From contig JAXMNT010000009.1 of assembly GCA_034670305.1 (NCBI GenBank), positions 96,001 through 160,000 on the forward strand: a DNA stretch of 64,000 bases. Direction: 5' to 3'. A program made the position numbers and the translations under genes. Shown here piece by piece: positions 28,286 through 38,407 of the stretch; position 1 is the stretch's first letter, and each line of letters starts with the position of its first letter. Source of the stretch: Deltaproteobacteria bacterium (GTDB lineage Bacteria > Myxococcota_A > Polyangia > Polyangiales > Houyiibacteriaceae). The notes beneath the pieces are model-generated. The model had not been told where the DNA came from. It searched no databases and saw only the letters and a program-made list of their open reading frames with translations.

Positions 28286-29284
28286 CTACGCGAGCAGCTC
28301 GCGGTACCACTGCGCGGTCTGCTCGAGCCCCTCTTTCAGACCGTGTCTGGGTTTCCAGCCGAGTCGCTCGCGTGCTTTGGTCGAGGAGAGGTACTGGGCT
28401 TTGATCTCGTGGCTGCCCTGGTTGAGCACCTCCGGCACCAAGTCCGTCCGGCCGGCTGCTTCGAGCACGCACTGCACGATTTCGACCACACTCTGCGGAC
28501 GTTCGTCGGAGAAGTTGAACGCCTGTCCCACCACGTCGTCGCGGTCCATCTGCTCGGCGAGCTCGAGGTACGCGCTTACTGCGTCGCCGACGTACACGTA
28601 GTCGCGCACGAACTTGCCGTTGCTGCGGATGATCGGTGCTTCGCCACGAATGGCGGACCGGAGCGTCCCAGGCACGATGCGGTTCCAGTTGAGGTCGCCC
28701 GCGCCGAAGAGGTTCCCACAGCGCGTGATGCAGGTCGGGACGCGGTACGTCTCGAAGTAGGAGCGTGTGATCAGATCGGTGCAGCTCTTTGAGCAGTCGT
28801 AGGGGAAGCGGCCTTCGAGCGGCGCATCTTCTTCGTAGGGCAGGGTGGGTTGGTCGCCGTACGCTTTGTCGCTGGACGCGACGAGGACGCGGCCGATGGT
28901 CTTGGCGTTGCGGCGGCATGCTTCGAGAAGCTGGTAGGTGCCGCGTACGTTGGCTTCCCAGGTCGAGAGCGGGTTGCGGTTCGCGGTGCCGACGATCGTC
29001 TGCGCCCCGAGGTGCATGACCGTCTCGATCTCATGTTCGTTCAGCGCGCGTTCGAGCAGCGGGTAGTCTTCGAGCGCCCCGCGCACGATCACGACCTTCT
29101 TCTCGAGGCCCAGTCTCGCGAAGTGGCTCTGCGAGACCTGGTCGCGCACGAGGCACACGACCTGTGCGCCTTGCGCAACCAGCGCTTCGCACATGTGGCT
29201 GCCGAGCAGACCGGTGGCGCCGGTGACGAACACCGGCCGGTCGAGCCAGAATGGTTTGGCCTCGCTCATATCGGTGTCGCTCAC
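28286..29284 (-). CDS. rfbG: CDP-glucose 4,6-dehydratase-like NDP-sugar dehydratase
   Basis: FWLDRPVFVTGATGLLGS, HLGAQTIV, ASSDKAYG, PYDCSKSC, TRCGNLFGAGD..RIVP; GTGA overlap with rfbF. Confidence 0.8.
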   Translation of the reverse strand: MSDTDMSEAKPFWLDRPVFVTGATGLLGSHMCEALVAQGAQVVCLVRDQVSQSHFARLGLEKKVVIVRGALEDYPLLERALNEHEIETVMHLGAQTIVGTANRNPLSTWEANVRGTYQLLEACRRNAKTIGRVLVASSDKAYGDQPTLPYEEDAPLEGRFPYDCSKSCTDLITRSYFETYRVPTCITRCGNLFGAGDLNWNRIVPGTLRSAIRGEAPIIRSNGKFVRDYVYVGDAVSAYLELAEQMDRDDVVGQAFNFSDERPQSVVEIVQCVLEAAGRTDLVPEVLNQGSHEIKAQYLSSTKARERLGWKPRHGLKEGLEQTAQWYRELLA

Positions 29285-30072
29285 GTCCAGGTCTTCCACG
29301 GCGCGTCGCCGTCGTTCCAGTCGTTCTCGAGTTTCAAGAGGTCGCGGTAGGTGTCCATGCACTGCCAGTAGCCGTGGTGCGCGAACATCTGGAGCTCGCC
29401 GTCGGCCGCGGCTTTCTCGAGCGGCGCGCGCTCGAGCACACAGTCGTCGTCGGCGTCGACGTAGTCGAGGAACCGGCGTTTGAGCGCGAAGAACCCGCCG
29501 TTCATGTAGCCCTTCTCGACCGGCTTCTCGCTGAAGCTCGTGACCTGGCTTCCGTCGATGGCGAGCTCGCCGAACCGGCCGGCCGGGCGCACACCGGTCA
29601 CGGTGGCGGCGCGTCCGTGGCCGCGGTGGAACTTCAGGAGCGCCGCGACGTCCACGCTCGAGACGCCGTCGCCGTAGGTCAGCATGAAGTCTTCGGCGTC
29701 GATGTGGGGGGCGACCTTCTTCAGTCGCGCGCCGGTCATCGCGTTCTGGCCGGTGTCCACGCAGGTCACCTTCCAGTCGACCGACTGACGTTTGTGGTAG
29801 TCGATGCTCCCAGACTTCAGATCGATCGTGAAGTCGCTCTCCATGGCCGCGAAGTCCAAGAAGTATTGCTTGATGACGTCGCCGAGGTAGCCGAGGCAGA
29901 GGATGAACTCGCGGTGACCTTGGCCCGCGTAGAAGTTCATGATGTGCCAGAGGATGGGCCGCCCCGCGAGCTCGATCATCGGCTTCGGTTTGCGGTGGGT
30001 CTCTTCGCGGAATCGGGTGCCTTGCCCACCGCAGAGAATGACCACTGGGACGCTCGGTTCTGCTTCGCTCAC
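29281..30072 (-). CDS. rfbF: Glucose-1-phosphate cytidylyltransferase
   Basis: VVILCGGQGTRFREET..PKPMIE, PILWHIM, WKVTCVDTG..TGARL, LTYGDG, NGGFF, YWQCMDTYRD. Confidence 0.93.
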   Translation of the reverse strand: MSEAEPSVPVVILCGGQGTRFREETHRKPKPMIELAGRPILWHIMNFYAGQGHREFILCLGYLGDVIKQYFLDFAAMESDFTIDLKSGSIDYHKRQSVDWKVTCVDTGQNAMTGARLKKVAPHIDAEDFMLTYGDGVSSVDVAALLKFHRGHGRAATVTGVRPAGRFGELAIDGSQVTSFSEKPVEKGYMNGGFFALKRRFLDYVDADDDCVLERAPLEKAAADGELQMFAHHGYWQCMDTYRDLLKLENDWNDGDAPWKTWT

Positions 30073-31235
30073 TTCTTCGTTCTTTCCCACGACGCCAACA
30101 GTTCTTCGTACACCGAGAGCAGCCCATCACGGTGCGCCGCGATGCTGAACTCCCGGATCACCTTCTGCCGGGCCGCGCGACCAAACGCAACGCGGCGCTC
30201 GGGTTGGCGGGCCAGGACCACGAGTGCTTCGGCGAGCGCCTCGATGTCGCGTTCCGCCACCAGGAGCCCTGTCCGGTCGTGGTCGATCTGGTCGGGAATG
30301 CCCGCGTGGCGGGTCGCGACGACGGGCAGGCCTGCCGCGCCGCCCTCGCAAATCACCGTTGGGGTGCCTTCCTGGTCGCCGTTGTCCGCGGTGCGGCTCG
30401 GCACCAAGAGCACGTCGGCCTGCCGCATGGCCTCCGGCACCCGGGTGCTGGGATCCGGCCAGTCCACGTCGAGCTCCAACTGTCGACCGAGGGCGCGCAA
30501 GGCAGCTTCGAGCGGACCGCCAGTGCCCAGCAGCGTGACCTTCAGCTGGATGCCCTCCGGCTCGAGCGCGGCGGCGGCCTGGGCGCACGCGCGCAGCCCA
30601 TCGTCGAAGCCCTTCTTCTGGACCTCGCGGCCGACGAGAAGCACGCGGAACGTGGCGGCGTCGCGGACCGAGCCGTCCACGGGCGTGAAGCGGTTGGGGT
30701 CGATCCCGATCCGCACCACCCGCGTCTTGTGTTCGGGACAGCCTTGCGCCACCAGCGCGGCGCGCATGTGCTCTGAGAGCACGACGAACCGGTCCCCCCG
30801 TTCGAAGAGCCGCTTCTGCATCAGGGTGTACGGCAAGTAGGCGGGCGAGAGTCGGGCACGCGCGTGCGCGAGGGTGACGTCGCGTCCGTAGAAGCTCGTC
30901 ACGAGGGGCAGGGCGCGTTCGGTCGCGACGCGCACTGCATGCGCGCCGGTGTAGCCCATGTGCGCGTGGATCAACCTCACCGACGACGCCCACGCGCGGT
31001 GCGATCGAGAGGTGCCGGTCAGCCAGTACTGCGCGGCCTCGAGGTGCCCGAACCGTTGTTCGGTCAACGCGGTGACCTGGGCATCCGGGAACTTTTGTTT
31101 CGAGCGGCGGTTGATCGCGAAGACCCGCACGTCGACCTCGGCCTCCGTCAACGCGGACAGAGCGGCGTAGATGAAGGTCTCACTCGGGGGCAGGAAGTTG
31201 TGCCGTACCCATCCAATCGGAGGGAGCGATGCCAT
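30069..31235 (-). CDS. Family 4 glycosyltransferase (WcaL/AmsK-like)
   Basis: FLPPSETFI, IHAHMG, TSFYGRD, VGREVQKKG, PSRTADNGDQEGTP, TRHAGIPD. Confidence 0.9.
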   Translation of the reverse strand: MASLPPIGWVRHNFLPPSETFIYAALSALTEAEVDVRVFAINRRSKQKFPDAQVTALTEQRFGHLEAAQYWLTGTSRSHRAWASSVRLIHAHMGYTGAHAVRVATERALPLVTSFYGRDVTLAHARARLSPAYLPYTLMQKRLFERGDRFVVLSEHMRAALVAQGCPEHKTRVVRIGIDPNRFTPVDGSVRDAATFRVLLVGREVQKKGFDDGLRACAQAAAALEPEGIQLKVTLLGTGGPLEAALRALGRQLELDVDWPDPSTRVPEAMRQADVLLVPSRTADNGDQEGTPTVICEGGAAGLPVVATRHAGIPDQIDHDRTGLLVAERDIEALAEALVVLARQPERRVAFGRAARQKVIREFSIAAHRDGLLSVYEELLASWERTKK

Positions 31236-31283
31236 CGGCCCACAGATATCGGGGCGCGACGCGGTGGGCAAGTCGAGGGCCGC

Positions 31284-33431
31284 TCAGCGTTTTCCAGGGG
31301 CGGTGCTCCCCCCGCGTCGCAGCAGGGGAAGGCCAGCGCCTGGCGTGTTGCGCCCCTCCTCGTTCGGCTTCTCAGAACAGAGACGCATCACGAGGGTGAC
31401 GAGGCTCTGCTCCGACAAGGGCGCGCGGGCGAGCCCACTCACACCGAGCGAGGCGAGCAGTTGCCAGTCCATCGTCTCGGTTGCGGCCGACGGGTGCGAG
31501 ACCACCACAGGCGGGGGTTCGAGGAAGTTCGCGCGGACGTACTGTGCGAACTCGAATGCGTTCAGCTTGGGGGCGTCCATCGCGATCATGACCATGGAGA
31601 CGTCGCCGGATCGGACGGCGCTGCGCGCGGCGCCACCATCGCGCACGCGATGCAGCCGGACCGAAGGCATCCACCGCTTCAAGGTGTTCTCCACGAACGC
31701 CGCGAATCCATCGTCCGGCTCGACGAGCAGCAAGCGCGCGTCGGCGTCGGCTTCCGGCAGCGCCGCGCGCAGCAGCTCGTCTCTGAACTGCGCGCAGCTC
31801 GGCGTGCGTGCCGCGGGGTCCTTCACGAGCGCCCGCGCCAGGACCTCGTCGACCCACGCCAAGCGCCGGTCGACGCTCGAAGGCGCCGGCGCGGTCTCGT
31901 ACAAGTGCATGCCGAGCAGCGCATCCGTGGTCGCGGCCCGAAACGGACGCGTTCCGGTCAACAGTTCGAAGGTCATGATCGCGAGCGAGTAGACGTCGGC
32001 CCGCGAGGCGAGCGCGACGTCCCGCGCGCCGCCGCGTGCCAGCTCAGGCGCGACGTAGGCGGGCGTGCCCGCGAACGTGGACGCGCGGTGGCCCTTGGGC
32101 TGCGCGAGTCCGAAGTCGACGACGCACACGCGGAACCCAGGTGCGAGCAAGACGTTGCTCGGCTTCACGTCGCCATGGGCGAATCCGGCCGAGTGCACAT
32201 GCTCGAGCCCGGTGGCGACCTGTTCGACGATCGACAGTGTCCGCCAGAGTGGGATGTGGCCACGTTGGCGCCGCAACTCCTCTGCAATCGAGTAACCGGC
32301 GATGTGTTCGAGGACCAGGTAGGGCGCGCCGTTGTGGCTGCCGGCGTGGAAGACCTCCACGATGTTGGGGTGGCTCAACGCCCGCAGCGCCAGCCACTCC
32401 TCGAGCAGCCCCGACTGGGCCGACGCCGAGTGGGAGGTGAGGACTTTGACGGCGACGTCGCGATGGCTCTGTTGGTCCATCGCCAAGAACACCGTGCTCA
32501 TCGCGCCGCTGCCAAGCCGAGCCCGCAGCCGGTAGCGACCATCGATCACGTCGTTGACCATGGCGGGATCGGGCGGAGGATGTTTCGAGGCGGGCAGGGT
32601 GCCCACGTCCCACGCGCCGAGCGCATCGAACATCTCCCGGGCGGATTGGAAGCGGTGGCGCGGATCCTTGGCGAGTGCGCGGAGGAACCACCCGTCGAGC
32701 TCCGTGGGCACATCGAAGTTCGCTGAAGGCGGCTCGCTGACGCCGGCCATCACGCGTTCGAGTGCCTCCGCGACGTTGGTGTGGTCGGGCAGCTCGATCG
32801 GGTCCGATCCGGTGAGTGCGTAGTAGGCGATGGCGGCCGCGCCGTAGAGGTCGGAGCGCGGGTCGATCTGGTCGGAGAGGAACTGCTCTGGTGCCCAGTA
32901 CGCGGGGACGGCGGCTTGCTTCTCCAGGGTGGATGCGTGGCCACCGATGAGCTGCAGACGCCCGAACCCGAGCAGACGGCTGGTGCCCGACTCCGGGTCC
33001 ACGAAGAAGACCTGAGGTTTGAGGTCGTGGTGTACGAAACCTTTTCCGTGGGCGTGCACGAGGGCCTGAAGAAGGCTGCCGATCCAGCGCTGGACTTCCT
33101 GCCACGGCCGCGGGCCAAGCGTGGAGATGGTCGTGCGCACGCTGTGCCCCGACACCGGACCGAGCACCATGTATGGAGGTTCCTGTTCGAGCTCGACCGC
33201 GTAGACCGGGATGAGGGAGGGGTGGTTGCTCCCGCCCAGGATCCGGGCCTCGCGCTCGAACCGCTTGAGTGCTCGGGCGTCGGCAACTGCCAACACGTTG
33301 AGGGTCACCGCCCTCCCAATTCGTTCGTCCCAACCTCGGTAGAGCGTGTAAGCGCTGTCTTCCTGGAGGATTTCAAGCCTCCGGTACCGCTCGCCGATAA
33401 GTCCCCGCTCCACGGTCGAACGGTACTGCAC
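31284..33431 (-). CDS. Tandem Ser/Thr kinase-domain protein (pseudokinase + kinase) with C-terminal receiver-like domain
   Basis: Two Hanks-type domains; the second has LGSGAMSTV, VAVK, HGDVKPSN, DFG and GTPAYVAPE; tail LLLVEPDD...MDAPKLNAFE is REC-like. Start uncertain (GTG 33431 or 33413). Confidence 0.88.
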   Translation of the reverse strand: MQYRSTVERGLIGERYRRLEILQEDSAYTLYRGWDERIGRAVTLNVLAVADARALKRFEREARILGGSNHPSLIPVYAVELEQEPPYMVLGPVSGHSVRTTISTLGPRPWQEVQRWIGSLLQALVHAHGKGFVHHDLKPQVFFVDPESGTSRLLGFGRLQLIGGHASTLEKQAAVPAYWAPEQFLSDQIDPRSDLYGAAAIAYYALTGSDPIELPDHTNVAEALERVMAGVSEPPSANFDVPTELDGWFLRALAKDPRHRFQSAREMFDALGAWDVGTLPASKHPPPDPAMVNDVIDGRYRLRARLGSGAMSTVFLAMDQQSHRDVAVKVLTSHSASAQSGLLEEWLALRALSHPNIVEVFHAGSHNGAPYLVLEHIAGYSIAEELRRQRGHIPLWRTLSIVEQVATGLEHVHSAGFAHGDVKPSNVLLAPGFRVCVVDFGLAQPKGHRASTFAGTPAYVAPELARGGARDVALASRADVYSLAIMTFELLTGTRPFRAATTDALLGMHLYETAPAPSSVDRRLAWVDEVLARALVKDPAARTPSCAQFRDELLRAALPEADADARLLLVEPDDGFAAFVENTLKRWMPSVRLHRVRDGGAARSAVRSGDVSMVMIAMDAPKLNAFEFAQYVRANFLEPPPVVVSHPSAATETMDWQLLASLGVSGLARAPLSEQSLVTLVMRLCSEKPNEEGRNTPGAGLPLLRRGGSTAPGKR

Positions 33432-33460
33432 ACCGCATGCCGTGATGCGCTGGCAGGTTG

Positions 33461-34438
33461 CTAGAACACCTGAGACCGGTATCCGATGGCTTTCTCGAAC
33501 ACCCGGGACACCAGCGGGGAAAGCAGCAAGTGCCGCATCTTCCACACCGGGCTGTGGCAGTCGGTGGGTTCGAGTTCGCCCGTCCAGAGTTCGGAGAGGG
33601 CGTCGGCCGCGTGCCCGGCGAACACTTCCAGCATCTCTGCTCCGAGTTCCGCGGTGGCGATGGCGGGGTCGCCGGCGAACGACTCCCGCTCGAAGTAGCG
33701 CAAGGTGTGTTTGAACGCGCGCAGCAGTCCCAAGAAGTTCGAGTCGTCGAGGGGTGCGACACCGCGCTCTTCGAGATCCCCGCCCACCGTCGTGCGCTTC
33801 AGGGACGTGTGTTTGGGATCCACGAAGCGCTTGAGCAGATGAAGCATCAGAGATGTCTCGACCGCGCCTCCGTGCGTGTCGCCTTCGAGCGCGCCCGGCT
33901 TCAGGCCTCCGCGGGTCCCGAGTACATCGGAGACGTCGGAGCTGCCGTCGGTCAAACGGGCCACCAAGAGCGAGAACATCGAGACCATGTGCACGCCGTA
34001 CTTCTTGTTCACGCGTTCGGCGGCGAGCTCGATCGGGACGAAGTGGCGGGGCCCGCCGTGGAAGCTGCCGACCCAGATGTGGTCGAAGCCCTGCACCGCG
34101 AGGCTGCGTCCGAGGTCTTCGAGAACGCGGACGATGGTGTCGGGTCGGAAAGCGACCGAGCCGGGCTGGGGCACGACGTCCGCGGCGACGTAGATGGGCG
34201 GGAGGTGGACGAAGGAGATGTCTGGGTGCCGATCGCAGAGCAGCTCCATCGTGCGGAGGCTGATGCCTTCGGCTTCCCAGTTGTCCGTGATGACCGGCAG
34301 GTGCGGGCCATGCACTTCGAGCGGGGAACAACTGACGATGGCCACCGTCCGCTTTCGATCCATCGCCTCGAAGTCGGCGCCGGTCAGGTACTGCCACTCC
34401 CGCACGCGTGCGGTGGTTTCCACGGTCTCGTAGTCCAT
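33461..34438 (-). CDS. Creatininase / creatinine amidohydrolase family protein
   Basis: SPLEVHGPHLP..TD, FHGG, HGGAVETSLML. Confidence 0.88.
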   Translation of the reverse strand: MDYETVETTARVREWQYLTGADFEAMDRKRTVAIVSCSPLEVHGPHLPVITDNWEAEGISLRTMELLCDRHPDISFVHLPPIYVAADVVPQPGSVAFRPDTIVRVLEDLGRSLAVQGFDHIWVGSFHGGPRHFVPIELAAERVNKKYGVHMVSMFSLLVARLTDGSSDVSDVLGTRGGLKPGALEGDTHGGAVETSLMLHLLKRFVDPKHTSLKRTTVGGDLEERGVAPLDDSNFLGLLRAFKHTLRYFERESFAGDPAIATAELGAEMLEVFAGHAADALSELWTGELEPTDCHSPVWKMRHLLLSPLVSRVFEKAIGYRSQVF

Positions 34439-34479
34439 GACGGGCAATCTACGATGTTGGCACTGAGTGTCAACTCGGC

Positions 34480-34625
34480 GCCGACGCCGATGCCGAGGGC
34501 GAAGCCGATGCCGAAGCCGACGCAGAAGGCCTTGGCCGATGCCGAAGCCGGCTCCGATCCAGCCTCCGAAGCCGAAGCCCCCGAACCGAGGGCAAGGGCA
34601 CGGGCGAGGGCAAGGGCAAGGGCAG
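34480..34625. repeat. Composite tract: (GCCGAN)n followed by (GGGCAA)n
   Basis: Directly visible; six G3 runs at about 34590-34622. Confidence 0.9.
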
Positions 34626-34636
34626 CTAGGCTTTGC

Positions 34637-35062
34637 CTAGCTGAACGGGATGCTGGGGCGGGCGGCTTTGGCGGAGAGGGCGAGGCCGACGAGGGCGAGC
34701 ACTTCGCGCATGTCTTCGTCGTCGACGTTGCTTGCGAGGAACGCGGCCACCGCCGGTTCGGCTTCCGCGAACCGAGTCACCGCGTCGGGGCCTGCGGCTT
34801 CGTCCAGGTCGGCGAAGTCCACGTCGGGCAAGACCTCTTGCCCATGGTAGCGGCGAAAACACCGGGCGATGAGCTCGGCGTGAAAGGCGAGGTGAATCAC
34901 GGCCTCACCGCCCATCTTGGCGGCCTTCGCGGACAGGTATTGGCTGATGGCGGGCTGGGACTGAACGAAGTGCCCCACCGCCGCCTGCGCGAAGTTGGGG
35001 TTGGTCATCGCCTCCGATGTCTCACGAACGATTACTTCCACCAACGCTTCGGGGACCGACAT
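34637..35062 (-). CDS. Hypothetical protein (141 aa)
   Basis: Protein-like helical sequence; divergent from ftsA. Confidence 0.7.
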   Translation of the reverse strand: MSVPEALVEVIVRETSEAMTNPNFAQAAVGHFVQSQPAISQYLSAKAAKMGGEAVIHLAFHAELIARCFRRYHGQEVLPDVDFADLDEAAGPDAVTRFAEAEPAVAAFLASNVDDEDMREVLALVGLALSAKAARPSIPFS

Positions 35063-35226
35063 GTCGACCAGCCTAGTGCAGGTCGTCTGTCCGTGTCTTC
35101 TGCCTTCGAAGCGGTGCGCGACGCCCTTTCAGGTGCCGAAACCGCAACGCACGAATTCGTTCATGCACTTTTTTTGTCCCCGCTGTGTGGCTTGTGTACT
35201 TGTCGAGGCAGGCGGTGAAAGACGGA

Positions 35227-36468
35227 ATGTCCCAAAACGACATCATTGCAGGGCTCGATCTCGGAACGACCAAAGTGTGCGCGGTCGTGGCGGAAGTCAC
35301 GGACGACGGACTCGACATCATCGGCATCGGCTCGGTGCCGAGCAAGGGTCTGAAGAAGGGCGTTGTCGTCAACATCGAGTCGACGGTTCAGTCGATCAAA
35401 GCGTGCATCGAGCAGGCGGGAACGATGGCCGGCGTCGAGATCAACTCGGTCTACATGGGCATCGCCGGAAGCCACGTGCGCGGCATGAACCAGGACGGCG
35501 TGGCCGCGATTCAAACCCGCGAGGTGACCCGCGAGGATCTCGAGCGTGTGCTCGAGCAGGCCAAGGCCATTCCCCTTCCGGGCGACCGTCAGGTCATCCA
35601 CGTGCTCCCCCAGGAGTACATCATCGACGACCAGGACGGCGTGCGCGAACCCATCGGGATGAGCGGTGTCCGGCTCGAGGCGCGCGTCCACATGGTGACC
35701 GCCGCGACCACCGCAATCACGAATCTCAAGAAGTGCGCCGAGCGCTGCGGACTCTACGTCAGCGATGTCGTGCTCCAGCCGCTCGCCAGCGCCAACGCGG
35801 TGCTCAGCGACGACGAAAAAGAAATCGGTGTCGCGCTCGTCGACATCGGCGGCGGGACGACGGACATCATTGTCTACGTGGATGGTGCCGTCGTGCACAC
35901 CAGCGTCATTCCCATCGGCGGCAAGAACCTCACGAGCGACATCGCGACGGGTCTTCGCACCCCGATGGCCGAAGCCGAGCGCATCAAGATCAAGTACGGC
36001 TGCGCCGCGACCGGCATGGTCGACGAAGACGAGACCATCGAAGTGCCCTCCGTGGGTGGACGTCCGCCGCGCGTGCTCGAACGCCGCGTGCTCTGCGACA
36101 TCATCGAACCCCGAGTCGAAGAGATTTTCCACGCCTGCCGCCACGTCATCGTGGAGACCGGCTACGCAGACATGCTCGCGTCCGGCGTCGTCATCACGGG
36201 TGGCACCACGCTGCTCGACGGAATGCCCGAACACGCCGAGTCCATCCTTGGACTCCAGGTTCGGCGCGGCGCACCCACCGGCATCGGCGGTCTCATCGAT
36301 GTCGTTCGTTCACCCGCCTACGCAACCGCGGTCGGCCTGGTGAAGTACGGCGCGGCACATCTTGAGCGGGCTCCCGAGCCCGTGTACCCGGAGGAAGAAG
36401 TCTCCGAGGTACGTTCGAAAGCGGGCTTTGGCAGCCGTATTGGCGCCTGGTTCCGCGAAGTATTCTGA
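35227..36468 (+). CDS. ftsA: Cell division protein FtsA
   Basis: [68 protein letters not shown]-terminal WFREVF. Confidence 0.98.
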   Translation: MSQNDIIAGLDLGTTKVCAVVAEVTDDGLDIIGIGSVPSKGLKKGVVVNIESTVQSIKACIEQAGTMAGVEINSVYMGIAGSHVRGMNQDGVAAIQTREVTREDLERVLEQAKAIPLPGDRQVIHVLPQEYIIDDQDGVREPIGMSGVRLEARVHMVTAATTAITNLKKCAERCGLYVSDVVLQPLASANAVLSDDEKEIGVALVDIGGGTTDIIVYVDGAVVHTSVIPIGGKNLTSDIATGLRTPMAEAERIKIKYGCAATGMVDEDETIEVPSVGGRPPRVLERRVLCDIIEPRVEEIFHACRHVIVETGYADMLASGVVITGGTTLLDGMPEHAESILGLQVRRGAPTGIGGLIDVVRSPAYATAVGLVKYGAAHLERAPEPVYPEEEVSEVRSKAGFGSRIGAWFREVF

Positions 36469-36590
36469 GTTTTTGGCGCGGATGTTCCGTGCCGAAGAAG
36501 AGTGTGAAAACGGCGTGTGATGGGCGAATCACACGATCCGTACAAGCGAATAGCGCAGGGGCAACCGGCCCCACCCGGAGGGAAATTCAC

Positions 36591-37811
36591 ATGGCCATCT
36601 CGATCGACTTCGCGGACGACGCGGATCTGTGCGCACGCATCAAAGTGGTGGGCGTCGGGGGTAGCGGCGGCAACGCGTTGAACACGATGATCCAGAGTGG
36701 TCTGGAGGGCGTGGAGTTCATTGCTGCCAACACGGACGCGCAAGCGCTCGAAAGCAACCTCGCACCCGTACGTATTCAACTCGGTCCGCAGCTGACCAAG
36801 GGACTGGGAGCGGGCGGCAACCCCGACCATGGGCGCAAGGCTGCGCTCGAAGACGTGCAACGGATCGCGGAAACGCTGGAAGGCGCGGACATGGTCTTCA
36901 TCACCGCAGGTATGGGCGGAGGCACCGGAACGGGTGCGGCGCCGATCCTTGCGCAGATCGCACGCGACCAGGGTGCGTTGACGGTGGGTGTCGTGACCAA
37001 GCCGTTCCTCTTCGAGGGACGACGCCGCAGCAAGAACGCGGAGCGAGGCATTCTCGAACTCGGCGACGCGGTGGACAGCATCATCACGATTCCGAACCAG
37101 AAGCTTTTGTGTCTGGGACAAGACGACATCACGATGCTCGACGCGTTTCAGCGCGCCGACGACGTGCTGCTCCAAGCGGTGCAGGGCATCAGTGATCTCA
37201 TCACGACGCACGGCATGATCAACGTCGACTTCGCGGACGTGCGCACCATCATGAGCAGCCAGGGACGCGCGCTCATGGGCAGCGGCTACGCACGGGGTGA
37301 AACCCGCGCGCTCGACGCCGCCGAGACGGCGATCAACTCGCCGCTTCTCGACGACATCAGCGTGGAAGGTGCGCGAGGCATCCTCATCAACTTCACGGCG
37401 GGTCCGGATGTGGGCCTCCGCGAGATCGAAGCTGCGGCCAGCCTGATTCAACAGGCCGCCCACGAAGACGCCGAGATCATCTTCGGTCTGGTGACGGACC
37501 CGGACATGACCGACGTCATCAAGGTGACGGTCATCGCCACGGGCTTCGACGACCTCGACGAGCAGGTCGCGATCACCGAGCCGGCGCGGGCCACACTCCC
37601 GCTCGGGACGATGCGCGGCAAGAAGCGCCCGTCGCGGACGGGGTACCGAACCGAGTCGCGCGAGCAAGCGCGCCCGGTGCGCCGACAGAACGAGACCGGA
37701 CGCGAAGCGCCGGCGCCTGCCCCGGCGGGAACCCGTGCCTTCGGTGCGAGCGCGCTGCACGACGAGGCGGTGCTCGACATCCCTGCCTACCTGCGCCGCG
37801 ACAACAGCTGA
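36591..37811 (+). CDS. ftsZ: Cell division protein FtsZ
   Basis: [45 protein letters not shown]-terminal [16 protein letters not shown]. Confidence 0.99.
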   Translation: MAISIDFADDADLCARIKVVGVGGSGGNALNTMIQSGLEGVEFIAANTDAQALESNLAPVRIQLGPQLTKGLGAGGNPDHGRKAALEDVQRIAETLEGADMVFITAGMGGGTGTGAAPILAQIARDQGALTVGVVTKPFLFEGRRRSKNAERGILELGDAVDSIITIPNQKLLCLGQDDITMLDAFQRADDVLLQAVQGISDLITTHGMINVDFADVRTIMSSQGRALMGSGYARGETRALDAAETAINSPLLDDISVEGARGILINFTAGPDVGLREIEAAASLIQQAAHEDAEIIFGLVTDPDMTDVIKVTVIATGFDDLDEQVAITEPARATLPLGTMRGKKRPSRTGYRTESREQARPVRRQNETGREAPAPAPAGTRAFGASALHDEAVLDIPAYLRRDNS

Positions 37812-37827
37812 GCGGTTCCGGTTCTGC

Positions 37828-37863
37828 GACGAGGGCCCTGCGCATGGCGCAGGGCCTTTTGTC
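37828..37863. terminator. Intrinsic terminator after ftsZ (possibly bidirectional)
   Basis: GGCCCTGCGC-ATG-GCGCAGGGCC stem followed by TTTT. Confidence 0.85.
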
Positions 37864-37896
37864 GTCCGTCGCCCGGAGGTCGGCGGTTCGGTCGGG

Positions 37897-38292
37897 TCAG
37901 ATGGTCTGGCGCTTTTGCGCCGCGAGCAATGCGGCCAGCGCTTCTTCGCGCGTCGGGAAGACGTTGTCTTCCGCGCCGTGGATCACGCGGCTTGTGGCGA
38001 TCGACGTCAGCGTTTTTCGGTCGCCGCCGTATCGGTACGAGTGCACGATGAACTTCTGGAGAATGCGGCAGCGTGCTTCGCCAAACGACCGCGCGGCCCG
38101 TGCCTGGACCCGCAACCCAGCGAGGCCGATCAAGAGCCAGACCCGGCTGCCCATCGCGGCGAGTTCGCCGCTGATGCGTTCTTCCCAGACGGTGACGTCC
38201 CCGACGCCTTCGAGGGCACACCCCGTGAAGGTCGCCTCCACGAACCCTTCGGGGTGCGGAACGAACAACACATCCCAGGCCGGAGCGGTCAT
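37897..38292 (-). CDS. Small hypothetical protein (STAS/SpoIIAA-like fold possible)
   Basis: Alpha/beta pattern ending VFPTREEALAAL. Confidence 0.65.
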   Translation of the reverse strand: MTAPAWDVLFVPHPEGFVEATFTGCALEGVGDVTVWEERISGELAAMGSRVWLLIGLAGLRVQARAARSFGEARCRILQKFIVHSYRYGGDRKTLTSIATSRVIHGAEDNVFPTREEALAALLAAQKRQTI

Positions 38293-38407
38293 GGATGGGT
38301 CGCCTCGCATCGCAGGGTCGTGTTCCGCGACATGTGCACACGATCACCGAACCCCGCGGATCGATCAAGACCCCTCACCTCTGTGTCAGTCCCTTCCCGT
38401 CACGCGG

